Notes under the pieces: model-generated | The model's database searches: none | Seen by the model: the letters and a program-made list of their open reading frames with translations, nothing else | Told to the model about the DNA's origin: nothing | Shown here: in pieces, positions 26,678-35,173 of the stretch | How the letters are laid out: each line of letters starts with the position of its first letter | How positions within the stretch are numbered: position 1 is the first letter of the stretch | Assembly: GCA_036504755.1 (NCBI GenBank) | Contig: DASXUP010000004.1 | Span: 26,957-90,956 of the forward strand | Length of the DNA: 64,000 nt | Direction of reading: 5' to 3' | Origin: Coriobacteriia bacterium | GTDB lineage: Bacteria; Actinomycetota; Coriobacteriia; Anaerosomatales; JAJZPX01 | Translations under genes and position numbers: made by a program

Positions 26678-27111
26678 CTCACCTCCACGAGCTCCAGCTC
26701 GAACGTGAGCGGCTCGCCCGCGAGCGGGTGGTTGAAATCGAGCGTGACCTCTTCGGCGCCGATCTCGGCGACAGTGGCCATCACCTCTGTGCCATCCGGA
26801 GCCACAAGGGTGACGACGTCGCCCGGCGTGGGCTCGTCCTGGTTGAATATGGAGCGCGGCACCTGCTGGACCGCTTCGTCGTGATGTTCACCGTACGCCT
26901 CGCCGGGCGGGATGGTGATGGTCTTCTTCTCGCCGACGTCCATGCTCTGTACGGCCTCGTCGAAGCCGGGGATGACTTGACCGGAGCCGATCGTGAACTC
27001 CAAGGGCTCGCGCCCGTAGCTCGAGTCGAACTCCGTTCCGTCCTGCAGCGTGCCGCGGTAGTTCACCCTTACGTTCTGGCCCTTGGCGGCTGGCATCGGT
27101 CCTCCTGACAT
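26674..27111 (-). CDS. FKBP-type peptidyl-prolyl cis-trans isomerase (SlyD-like)
   Basis: VRVNYRGTLQDGTEFDSSYGREPLEFTIGSGQVIPGFDEAV...FNHPLAGEPLTFELELVEV, an FKBP fold with an IF-domain insert. Confidence 0.85.
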   Translation of the reverse strand: MSGGPMPAAKGQNVRVNYRGTLQDGTEFDSSYGREPLEFTIGSGQVIPGFDEAVQSMDVGEKKTITIPPGEAYGEHHDEAVQQVPRSIFNQDEPTPGDVVTLVAPDGTEVMATVAEIGAEEVTLDFNHPLAGEPLTFELELVEVS

Positions 27112-27397
27112 GCGTCGGTTTTCATCCGGACGACTGTACCCTTTGAGGCTGTACCCTGCACGGGTCGCCGTCGGTGCCGCCCGTCACGCCGCTCGCGTCT
27201 ACCCGTTTGCGCTCATCCGCCATTTGCGCCCGCTCGACCGGAAGCGGCAGCGAAGCGAAAACTTCTTGGGGTACACTTGAGACGTCCTGTGGCACCGATC
27301 CGGCTTCTCCGCGATCCGCGGAGCCCTTGCCGGCAATACTCTCCCCTGCAAAGAAGCGGCTGCACCATCATCGACAGGCCTTGGGGGACGGCAGCGA

Positions 27398-27751
27398 GTG
27401 TACGAGCTCGAGGGAGTCCTCGGACCCTCCATCATGAAGTTCGTCGAGCAGCATGTCCGGTCGCTCCTGACTTGGGACATCCTCGTCTTCTTCCATCGCA
27501 ATCCCGATGCGGTCCTCGATCTCGAAGGACTGGCGTCCCGCCTCGGCCGTCGTGTCGACGAGCTCAGACCCGAGGTGGATGCGCTGTGCCAGGACAAGAT
27601 CCTGCAGTGCGCCGGCGGGCTGATACGCTATCGTACGTCGGCGGAGACGCGCGAGACGGTAGCGAAGTTCGTGGAGGCGTGCCAGGAGCGCGGCAGGAGA
27701 CTGGCGCTGATCGCGCTGGTCCTCCACAAGATCAACCCGCATTCCGCTTAG
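27398..27751 (+). CDS. hypothetical 117-aa protein (possible winged-helix fold)
   Basis: GTG start with a GGGGGA SD. No family recognised. Convergent with the HD-GYP gene. Confidence 0.45.
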   Translation: MYELEGVLGPSIMKFVEQHVRSLLTWDILVFFHRNPDAVLDLEGLASRLGRRVDELRPEVDALCQDKILQCAGGLIRYRTSAETRETVAKFVEACQERGRRLALIALVLHKINPHSA

Positions 27752-27767
27752 GCTCGGTCCCGGCTCC

Positions 27768-29075
27768 CTAGAGGTGGTCCGCGGCGGCCGCCGCGAGCTG
27801 CACCTCGTCGACGACCTCGACGATCTCGCGCCCGTCCTCGGCCAGGTCCAGCTCTTGAGGCTCCTCCAGCTCGAGCCCGTCCGAGTCGTACACGAGACGC
27901 AGCTTGGGCCTCAGCGGGTCCGCGCCCTTGTCGGAGACGACTCCCACCGAGTGGTCGGACAGCCTGACCCAGCAGCCCACCGGGAACACACCGAGCGCCT
28001 GCACGAACAGCCGCGTGAAGATCGGGTCGAGAAGTGTGCCGCTCTCCCGCAGCAGCTGCGCGACGGCGCGGTCCGGCGTGAGTCCGGGGCCGGCCGAGGA
28101 CTTGATGAGCGTCTCGTACCGGTCGGCGATGGCGACCATCCGGCTGTAGGGGTGCGTGAAGTAACCGGCGTCGTGCTCCGGCCAGCCGGACCCGTCCGTT
28201 CCCATGTGGTGCTCGTAGGCGACCAGCATGGGAGCCCTGTCGTCGCCGGGCAGGCGTCCGAGGATATCCGCGCCGGCCTGAGGATGGTGGAGGCGCATCG
28301 CCTCGGCCTGGTCGGCGTCGAAGACGGCCTTGCCGATATCGTGCATCAGTGCCGACACGCCGAGGGAGGCGATCCCCTCCTCTGGCAGCTCGAGCGCGGC
28401 ACCTATGGTCAGCGAGTAGATCATCACGTTGATCGCGTGGAAGAGGTCGGCCTCGTTGTGCGACCGGATGGTGGCGAGGCCCAGGACCGCCGCTTGGTTG
28501 TCGAGCAGGCGCGACATGATCTCGGGCACGAGGCCGCCGGCTTCCGAGAAGTCGATCTCTCCGCCCTGCTGGAGCCGGCCGGAGAGGTTGCGCATCGTCG
28601 AGACGAACCGGCGGTATAGTGCCTGGTCGCGCTCGCGCTCCCGGTCGCGTTCCTCCTTCTCCTCCGCGTTGTCGTCCACGACCTTCGACACCTGCACGCA
28701 GGAGGCGCCGCGCGCGGCCAGCTCGGCTTCCATGTCGAGCTGCGGCGACGGACGCAGGTTCAGCGTCTCCGTGAGCCCGTGGGCGTCCGAGCCGCCGAAG
28801 CCGGGCAGGAAGGTGAAGCTCTCGACCTTGCGGGCCTCCATCGACTCGAGCACGGAGGAGAGGGACGGGCTCTCGCCGGCGAGCACGTCGCTCCCGGCGT
28901 ACAACCGCCCCTTGTGGACGTTGAGGGTGAAAGGCCCGTCCATCGTGCATGCGCCCGCCTCGGCGACGAGCGCGTCGACGGCCTCCACGAAGCGGGGATG
29001 CTCGCGCGGGTAGAATTGCGCGGCCTTCCGGGCACCGGCGAGCGCCGCCACCAGCTCCGCGGGCCGCCCGCTCAC
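27768..29075 (-). CDS. HD-GYP-type phosphohydrolase (GYP replaced by GWP)
   Basis: LMHDIGK, HHMGTDGSGWPE, MVAIADRYETL motifs. GTG 29073-29075 overlaps the upstream stop (GTGA). Confidence 0.75.
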   Translation of the reverse strand: MSGRPAELVAALAGARKAAQFYPREHPRFVEAVDALVAEAGACTMDGPFTLNVHKGRLYAGSDVLAGESPSLSSVLESMEARKVESFTFLPGFGGSDAHGLTETLNLRPSPQLDMEAELAARGASCVQVSKVVDDNAEEKEERDRERERDQALYRRFVSTMRNLSGRLQQGGEIDFSEAGGLVPEIMSRLLDNQAAVLGLATIRSHNEADLFHAINVMIYSLTIGAALELPEEGIASLGVSALMHDIGKAVFDADQAEAMRLHHPQAGADILGRLPGDDRAPMLVAYEHHMGTDGSGWPEHDAGYFTHPYSRMVAIADRYETLIKSSAGPGLTPDRAVAQLLRESGTLLDPIFTRLFVQALGVFPVGCWVRLSDHSVGVVSDKGADPLRPKLRLVYDSDGLELEEPQELDLAEDGREIVEVVDEVQLAAAAADHL

Positions 29076-31069
29076 TTCGCACCCCGCTGCGCCTGCACGT
29101 GCACGGCTTCGCGCGCGAGCTGCTGGACTTCGTTGAACCGCCCGCGCTTGATGAGCGCCTTGCGTTCGGCGAGGCGCCGCAGGGCCTGTCCCGCCGACGG
29201 TTCCGGCATCTTCGCCAGGCACCCGATCAGTTCTCGGCCGAGGTCGAAATCCCGCCCGTCGACGTCGAGCCCCTCCAGCCTGTGCGCCAGCGCCTCGACC
29301 GTGCCGGGCAGCCGGGTGCGCGCGAGGGCGTGCGCGGCGGCCGTGACCACCCGCGGCGAAGGATCGGCGAGCAGCGCGGCGAGGTCCCGCACGAACGCGG
29401 GGTTCGTGGTGCCGGACAGCGCCTCGGCGGCCTCCGCGCGCGCGATCTCCTCAGGCCGCCGCAAAGCGGCGCGCACGCCCGAGGCGGCCGTCTCGTCGGG
29501 GTACCGCGCGAGCCGCCGGACGATCGAGGGAAGCTGGCCGGCCCCGACGCGCGGCACGGAAGCCGCGAGGATGTCGATCATCCGCCTGCCCAGCAGCGAC
29601 TCGGCGAGGTCGAGCGCCCGGTCGTCCCGTCGCGCCAGCGCCTCCTCGACGAAGGAGACCTTGCCGGCGTCGTCCGCGAGCCGCAGGACCGTGTGCACTC
29701 CCGCCTCGGCGGACGCGTCCTCGAGCAGCAGGTCGAGCAAGGGCGCCATCGTCTCGCGGCCGGTCGCGCGCGTGAGCGCCGCGCGGAGCCGCTGCGTCAG
29801 CTCGGGCCAAGGCTGTGTCGCGCGGCTCTCGCGTTGCGCGATCTCCTCCAGCACCCGCAGCGCGGTCGCCAGGTCGTGCTCCCGGATCAGCCGAGGGACC
29901 ATCGACGCGAGCGCGTCCAGGCTCTTGACGTACAGGCCGAAGTCACGCTGCTGGTCGAGCAGAGCGAGCATGGTGGGAACGCTGTGGGCCGCCGTGTGCG
30001 CGACCGACTCGCTCACCTCCGCACGCTTGGCGTCGAGTGCGATCGGATCGACGGAGGTGGCCGTGACGACCTGAGCGTACGTCGGGTCGGCCTGCGCGAG
30101 CGCGGGCTCGGCAGTCGGGTTCATCCGGACACCGAGCATGTGGTCGAGGAAGCCGATCTCCTTCGTGTCGTGCCCGTAGTCGGGCAGCGACGCCCGCACC
30201 TCGGCGATGATCTCGTCCATCCGCGCTCCGAACGGGAGCTTGGTGAGCGCGGTCGAGAGTGAGAGCATGTTCTTGCCGTATGTCCCGCTGTTCAGCGAGG
30301 CGGAGACGTCGGCGCTGCCCAGCTTGCCGAGCATCCCTCCGACGATGTCCCGCGCCCGGTCGCCGTGGGCACCGCCGCCCACACCGATGCCTATGCCGAG
30401 CAGCACGTCCTTGCCGTCGGTCTGCTGCTTCTCGAACGCAGCCGCGAGGGTGGCGTAGAAGCGGTCCGGGTCGCCCGAGGCGTCGACGAGCTCACCGAGC
30501 CCCTCGGCCAGCGTCCCCAGGTCGCCCTGTGATGCCGCGGCGAGCCACGTCGCGAGCTTGTCGGGGTCCGCCGCGAGCTCGCGGAAGAACTCGTCGACGT
30601 CCTGGCCGTCCGCCGGCTCCTCGGCCTGCCCCGCCACGCTGAGGCTGACCGTCACCACGCGGATGCCTCCGACGCCGGAGGCGGCCAGCGACGACGCGAT
30701 GCCGCCCTCGGTGTGTACGGTCTCCGGCGCGCGCATGATGACGCCGAGGAATCCCAGGAGGTCGTCGGTGCTGCAGCCCGGCATGAAGACGGCCTGCGCC
30801 ACTCCGTGCGACCGCAGCATGTCGGCGAGCTCGGACCCGCCTCCGATGGAGGCGGAGAGCGCGGTGCCCCTGCAGGTGAAGCCCTCGCGCGCGACGTCGA
30901 GGGAGAGCGCGGGCTGCGTGTCGAGGAACGCGCGCAGCGAGGACATCGCCGCGTCGACGGACTGCCGAGGGATCGGGCTAGTCGGCGGGTAGAGGCGAAG
31001 GGCGCGCACCGCGGACGCGACTCCGCGGACGGTCGCCTCGACGGGCGCTATGTACTCCGGATCCAGCAC
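29072..31069 (-). CDS. large HEAT-repeat protein sharing an N-terminal module with the downstream HD-GYP protein
   Basis: GTG 31067-31069 with a GGGAGGTGA SD. C-terminal HEAT-like repeats (DPSPRVVTAAAHALARTRLPGTVEAL...). The N-terminal LYP..SP.....VDA... module resembles the HD-GYP N-terminus FYP..HP.....VDA.... Confidence 0.55.
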   Translation of the reverse strand: MLDPEYIAPVEATVRGVASAVRALRLYPPTSPIPRQSVDAAMSSLRAFLDTQPALSLDVAREGFTCRGTALSASIGGGSELADMLRSHGVAQAVFMPGCSTDDLLGFLGVIMRAPETVHTEGGIASSLAASGVGGIRVVTVSLSVAGQAEEPADGQDVDEFFRELAADPDKLATWLAAASQGDLGTLAEGLGELVDASGDPDRFYATLAAAFEKQQTDGKDVLLGIGIGVGGGAHGDRARDIVGGMLGKLGSADVSASLNSGTYGKNMLSLSTALTKLPFGARMDEIIAEVRASLPDYGHDTKEIGFLDHMLGVRMNPTAEPALAQADPTYAQVVTATSVDPIALDAKRAEVSESVAHTAAHSVPTMLALLDQQRDFGLYVKSLDALASMVPRLIREHDLATALRVLEEIAQRESRATQPWPELTQRLRAALTRATGRETMAPLLDLLLEDASAEAGVHTVLRLADDAGKVSFVEEALARRDDRALDLAESLLGRRMIDILAASVPRVGAGQLPSIVRRLARYPDETAASGVRAALRRPEEIARAEAAEALSGTTNPAFVRDLAALLADPSPRVVTAAAHALARTRLPGTVEALAHRLEGLDVDGRDFDLGRELIGCLAKMPEPSAGQALRRLAERKALIKRGRFNEVQQLAREAVHVQAQRGAK

Positions 31070-31209
31070 GCCTCACCTCCCTCAAGACAGCGTACACGAG
31101 CGGCGGGCGTCTTCCGCCCGTACAGGGAAGAATCGGATGGCAGAAGCTGGAGGTTTAGGACGCGCGGTCGCGCTGTTTCCCGCTGTCTGCAATTGGTAAC
31201 CTTAGCGCC

Positions 31210-32520
31210 ATGGGACGCTACCTGTGGGAAATCCTCCTGATCCTGGGCTTCATCCTGCTCAACGGCTACTTCGCCGCTGCCGAGATCGCGCTGATCAGCG
31301 CGCGCAGGGCCGCCTTGACGGCAGCCGCCGAAGAGGGTTCCGCGGGTGCGCGGGCAGCGCTGAAGCTGACGCAGGACCCGTCGCGGCTGCTCGCCACGGT
31401 CCAGATCGGCGTGACGCTGCTCTCGCTCGGCTCGTCGGCTCTCGCGGCGGTCAGCCTCGGCTCCGTGATCGAGGCGTGGCTGCGCGGCTTGCCGGTGCCC
31501 GGCGCGCCGCGTTTCGCCGCCGGGCTGTCGGTGCTGATCGTCACGCTGGCGGTGAGCTACCTCACGCTCGTGCTGGGCGAGCTCACGCCCAAGCGGATCG
31601 GGTTGCGCTACGCCGAACGCGTCGCCTCGGCCGTGTCGCGCCCGATCGGGCTGCTGTCGACCGCCGCCGCGCCGTTCGTGTGGCTCTTGTCCGCGTCGAG
31701 CGGCGTCGTCACGCGGCTTCTCGGCGTGCAGCCGGGGGGCCGGCCCGGAGTGACCGAGGAGGAGATCAAGCTGCTGGTGACCGAGCAGGGGACGCTGCTC
31801 GAAGAAGAGAAGCGCATGATCCACGAGATCTTCGAGATCGGCGACACGGTGGCTCGGGAGATCATGGTGCCGCGCGTGGACGCCGTCATGATCGCCGGCG
31901 ACGCCCCCCTGGGCGATGCCCTCGGCGTCTTCCGCCGCACCGGCTTCTCGCGGCTGCCCGTCTACCACGAGGACCCGGACCGGGTGGTCGGCGTCCTGCT
32001 GCTGAAGGACATCGTCGTCGGCGCTCTGCCCGAGCACCTCGAGGTGCAGACCGCGGCCGACGTGATGAGGCCGCCGTACTTCGTGCCCGAGACGAAGCAG
32101 ATACTCGGGCTCCTGACGGAGATGCGCGCCACGCGAAGCCATATGGCGATCGTGGTGGACGAGTACGGCGGCACCGCCGGGATAGTGACGATCGAGGACA
32201 TCGTCGAGGAGGTCGTCGGCGAGATCGCCGACGAGTTCGACCGCGACCGCCAGTACATCCAGCCGCTCTCCGCGACCGAGTCGGTGGTCGACGCGCGGCT
32301 CAACATCGAGGATGCGCGCGAGATGCTCGGCCTCGACGTCCCCGGATCCGAGGAGTACGACACGCTCGCCGGCTGGGTGCTCATGGAGTTGGGGCACATC
32401 CCTACCTCGGGGGAAACGGTGACGACGGAGGACGGTACGCGCGTACGGGTGGCGACCGTGCGGCGCAGGCGCATCGTGCGGCTCACGGTCACCAAGCCCG
32501 CACGGGACGCCGAGGAGTGA
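31210..32520 (+). CDS. CNNM/DUF21-CBS-CorC_HlyC family transporter (hemolysin-family protein)
   Basis: LNGYFAAAEIALIS (DUF21), a CBS pair (IMVPRVD..., RLPVY..., HMAIVVDEYGGTAGIVTIEDIVEEVVGEI), and a CorC_HlyC C-terminus. Confidence 0.85.
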   Translation: MGRYLWEILLILGFILLNGYFAAAEIALISARRAALTAAAEEGSAGARAALKLTQDPSRLLATVQIGVTLLSLGSSALAAVSLGSVIEAWLRGLPVPGAPRFAAGLSVLIVTLAVSYLTLVLGELTPKRIGLRYAERVASAVSRPIGLLSTAAAPFVWLLSASSGVVTRLLGVQPGGRPGVTEEEIKLLVTEQGTLLEEEKRMIHEIFEIGDTVAREIMVPRVDAVMIAGDAPLGDALGVFRRTGFSRLPVYHEDPDRVVGVLLLKDIVVGALPEHLEVQTAADVMRPPYFVPETKQILGLLTEMRATRSHMAIVVDEYGGTAGIVTIEDIVEEVVGEIADEFDRDRQYIQPLSATESVVDARLNIEDAREMLGLDVPGSEEYDTLAGWVLMELGHIPTSGETVTTEDGTRVRVATVRRRRIVRLTVTKPARDAEE

Positions 32521-32572
32521 CGCGAACAGCGGCGGCCGCGAGAAAGGCGGCCTCCAAGGGAGGAGAGGTCAC

Positions 32573-32869
32573 ATGGCCGAAGACGACGCGGGCGACATCA
32601 CGCGACGCAGTGGTGAGGCGGGCCCGGACACGCAGGCGGGAGCGGTGATGGCGCCCCCGCCGCCCCCGCCCGCCCCGCCGGCGACGGGGACGGAGCCCCC
32701 GCGCGAGGATCGGCCCAGACGGCGCGGTGGCCTCGTGGCGGGTCTCGTGCTCATCGTGATCGGGCTGATCCTGCTGGCGCAGCAGTACTTCCCCGGCCTG
32801 GGCTTCGACCGCCTCTGGCCGCTGATCCTGGTCGTCATCGGCCTGGGCATGATCTTCCGGAGGCGCTAG
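32573..32869 (+). CDS. small Pro-rich two-TM protein (LiaI/LiaF-TM-like, DUF5668-like)
   Basis: Pro-rich N-terminus, then GLVAGLVLIVIGLILLAQQYFPGL...LWPLILVVIGLGMIF. Confidence 0.5.
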   Translation: MAEDDAGDITRRSGEAGPDTQAGAVMAPPPPPPAPPATGTEPPREDRPRRRGGLVAGLVLIVIGLILLAQQYFPGLGFDRLWPLILVVIGLGMIFRRR

Positions 32870-33799
32870 GTGGAGGCGAAGCGGGTCTTCGAGGGCCTGA
32901 CCGTAGTCACCGTCGGGGTCATCCTGCTCGCCAACACGCTCGGTGTTCTGCCGTGGACGGTGTGGTGGACGGTCGTCATGCTCTGGCCGCTGCTCATCGT
33001 CTCGCTGGGCATCGACATCCTCGGCCGCGCGGTGGACAGCACGGCGCTGCGCGTGCTGGCGAGCCTCGTCGTGATCGCCGGCCTCGTCTACGGCGCGCTC
33101 GCCGGCGGCGGGCGCGTCCAGCCGCCGGTCTTCGGGATCGCGTCGCAGCGCGCCGAGAGCTTCAGCTTCCTGCGAGGGCACGACGCCGCCGTGCGCACGG
33201 GCACCGCGCGCGTGGACGCCGGGCTCACGCGCGTGACGCTGGGCGCTGGCGACGCTCTTGCCGCCGCGACAGGCGAGACGCCCTTCGGCAAGCCGGCGTT
33301 CAAGGCGACGATCTCCGGCTCGACCGCGGACGTGAGGATCGCCTCGGCGGAGGAGAGGAGCGTGACCGTGTCCTCAGGCGCTCGCCGATCCTTCCTCGAT
33401 GTCGCGCTCGACCGCGAGGTCGCGTGGAGCACGCTGACGGTCGACGCGGGTCTCTCCGAGGTCGCGCTCGACCTGTCCCGGCTCGACGTCGCGGAACTGA
33501 CCGCGAACGTGGGGCTGTCTTCCGCGGTGGTGACGCTCCCCGAGCGCGGGGCCGGGACCCGGGCGACCGTCAACGGCGGGCTGTCCTCGATCAAGCTGCG
33601 GGTGCCGAGAAGTGCCGGCGTCGAGCTGCGCGCCGACAACGGCCTCGGCAGCGTGAAGGTGCCGAGCGGTTGGGTCCGCGTGAGCGGCGACGGCGTGTTC
33701 TCGGGAGTCTGGCACAGCGACGGGTACGATTCATCCGAGGTCAAGCTGCCGCTGACGGTGAAAGCCGGGCTGTCCAGCGTCGAAGTCGAACGCTATTAG
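32870..33799 (+). CDS. LiaF-like / DUF4097 (toastrack) domain membrane protein
   Basis: N-terminal TM pair similar to the preceding gene, then a repetitive beta-rich C-terminus (GLSEVALDL..., GLSSAVVTLP..., GLSSIKLRVP..., GLGSVKVP..., GLSSVEVE). GTG start directly after the upstream stop. Confidence 0.55.
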   Translation: MEAKRVFEGLTVVTVGVILLANTLGVLPWTVWWTVVMLWPLLIVSLGIDILGRAVDSTALRVLASLVVIAGLVYGALAGGGRVQPPVFGIASQRAESFSFLRGHDAAVRTGTARVDAGLTRVTLGAGDALAAATGETPFGKPAFKATISGSTADVRIASAEERSVTVSSGARRSFLDVALDREVAWSTLTVDAGLSEVALDLSRLDVAELTANVGLSSAVVTLPERGAGTRATVNGGLSSIKLRVPRSAGVELRADNGLGSVKVPSGWVRVSGDGVFSGVWHSDGYDSSEVKLPLTVKAGLSSVEVERY

Positions 33800-33810
33800 G
33801 AGGAGTCGTC

Positions 33811-34251
33811 ATGGAGGACCGCAGGCGTAACGACGCCCTGCTCATCGTAGGCGTGATCGTGCTGCTCATCGGTCTCGCCCTGCTCGGCCGGACGCTGAAC
33901 GTATTCCCGCCGTTCGTGTTCGAGGTGCTGCGTATCGCGGCGAGGGCCACGGGGCCCCTCGCGCTCATCATCCTCGGTGTCATCGTGATCGTGGTGGCCA
34001 GCCGCGGCGGGGTGAGCCCGGCGATGCCCGCCGCGGGCGTGAAGCTGTACCGCTCGCGGACCAACCGGATGATCGCGGGCGTGGCCGGTGGGCTCGCGGA
34101 GTACTTCGGCATCGACGCGCTCGTCGTGCGGCTCGTGTTCGTGGCGGTCGCGCTCGCCAGCTTCGGAACGGCGCTCGTCGTCTACATCGTGCTGGCCGTC
34201 CTGATGCCCGAGGCGCCAGTCACCTCGGAGGTGCAGGGACCGCATGCCTGA
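33811..34251 (+). CDS. PspC-domain protein
   Basis: AGGAGG SD. LYRSRTNRMIAGVAGGLAEYFGIDALVVRLVFV is the PspC signature. Confidence 0.75.
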   Translation: MEDRRRNDALLIVGVIVLLIGLALLGRTLNVFPPFVFEVLRIAARATGPLALIILGVIVIVVASRGGVSPAMPAAGVKLYRSRTNRMIAGVAGGLAEYFGIDALVVRLVFVAVALASFGTALVVYIVLAVLMPEAPVTSEVQGPHA

Positions 34252-35173
34252 CGCGCTCCCGCCCGCCGCTCCGACGAAGCCCGGGGACGTGATCGACGCC
34301 CATACGCACCTGTTCACGGTGGGGCTGCTGGAGGAAGTGCTCGCGAAGCAGCCGCCGGAGGCGATGAAGCGCTGGCGCGAGGGGCTGCGCTCGAGGCGCT
34401 TCGGCAGGCGCGGGGACCAGCAGCTGCCCGACATGACGCCGGTGGACACGGCGGCGTTCTACGTCGAGCGCCTGAACGCCGCGGGCGTGTCGAAGGCGCT
34501 CGTGATGTCCGTCATGCCCGACACGCAGTGGGTGCGGGACTTCATCGTGGCCGCGAACGGCCACGTCCAGGCGTGCTGCAACGTCGACCCGCGCGACCCG
34601 GACGCGCCCGCGCTGCTCGAGCGCGAGATGGCCGCGGGCTTCAAGGGCGTGAAGCTGCTGCCCGTCAACCGCTGCTACCGTGTGTCGGATCCGGCGTGCC
34701 GCCCGTTCTTCGAGAAGGCGGCCGAGCTGGGGGCGCCCATCTGCATCCACTACGGGGTCACCGTCGACCCCACGGGCGACCTCCGCTACGCCGACCCGAT
34801 CGACCTCTCGCCGGTCGCGCGAGACTTCCCGGACCTGCCGTTCGTCATCGCGCACTTCGGTGCCGGGTGGCTCGACTCCGCCCTGCGCCTCGCGTACCAA
34901 TGCAAGAACGTGGCGGTCGACACGTCCGGCACGAACAACTGGATGGACTACCACGTGCCGAAGATGACGCTCGCCGAGGTGTTCGAGCGCGCGCTGACCG
35001 CGCTCGGCCCCGAACGCGTGCTGTTCGGCACCGACGCCGGCACCACCGCCCCGTACCGGACGTGGATCAAGTACCAGCAGGTGCGCACGCTCGAGGAGCT
35101 GGGGCTGCCCGAGCACGACCGCGACCTCGTGTTGCGCGGCAACGCGTCACGCATCTTCCGGATGGACGAGTGA
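34244..35173 (+). CDS. amidohydrolase-family (TIM-barrel metal-dependent hydrolase) protein
   Basis: VIDAHTHLF (HxH), ...ICIHYG..., ...VIAHFG... metal-ligand pattern. Confidence 0.7.
   Translation: MPDALPPAAPTKPGDVIDAHTHLFTVGLLEEVLAKQPPEAMKRWREGLRSRRFGRRGDQQLPDMTPVDTAAFYVERLNAAGVSKALVMSVMPDTQWVRDFIVAANGHVQACCNVDPRDPDAPALLEREMAAGFKGVKLLPVNRCYRVSDPACRPFFEKAAELGAPICIHYGVTVDPTGDLRYADPIDLSPVARDFPDLPFVIAHFGAGWLDSALRLAYQCKNVAVDTSGTNNWMDYHVPKMTLAEVFERALTALGPERVLFGTDAGTTAPYRTWIKYQQVRTLEELGLPEHDRDLVLRGNASRIFRMDE

Noticed and set aside
27290-27304. Sigma-54-like element TGGCAC-N5-CGGC upstream of the 117-aa gene.
   Set aside because: The -12 box deviates (CGGC rather than TTGC), no enhancer-binding protein is nearby, and to my knowledge RpoN is generally absent from Actinomycetota-like lineages. 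It is likely a chance match in GC-rich DNA.
32640-32700. C/G-rich quasi-repeat (gcccccgccgcccccgcccgccccgccgg) that looks like a tandem repeat.
   Set aside because: It lies inside the 32573-32869 CDS and simply encodes a PPPPPPAPPA low-complexity linker. It is not an independent repeat element.
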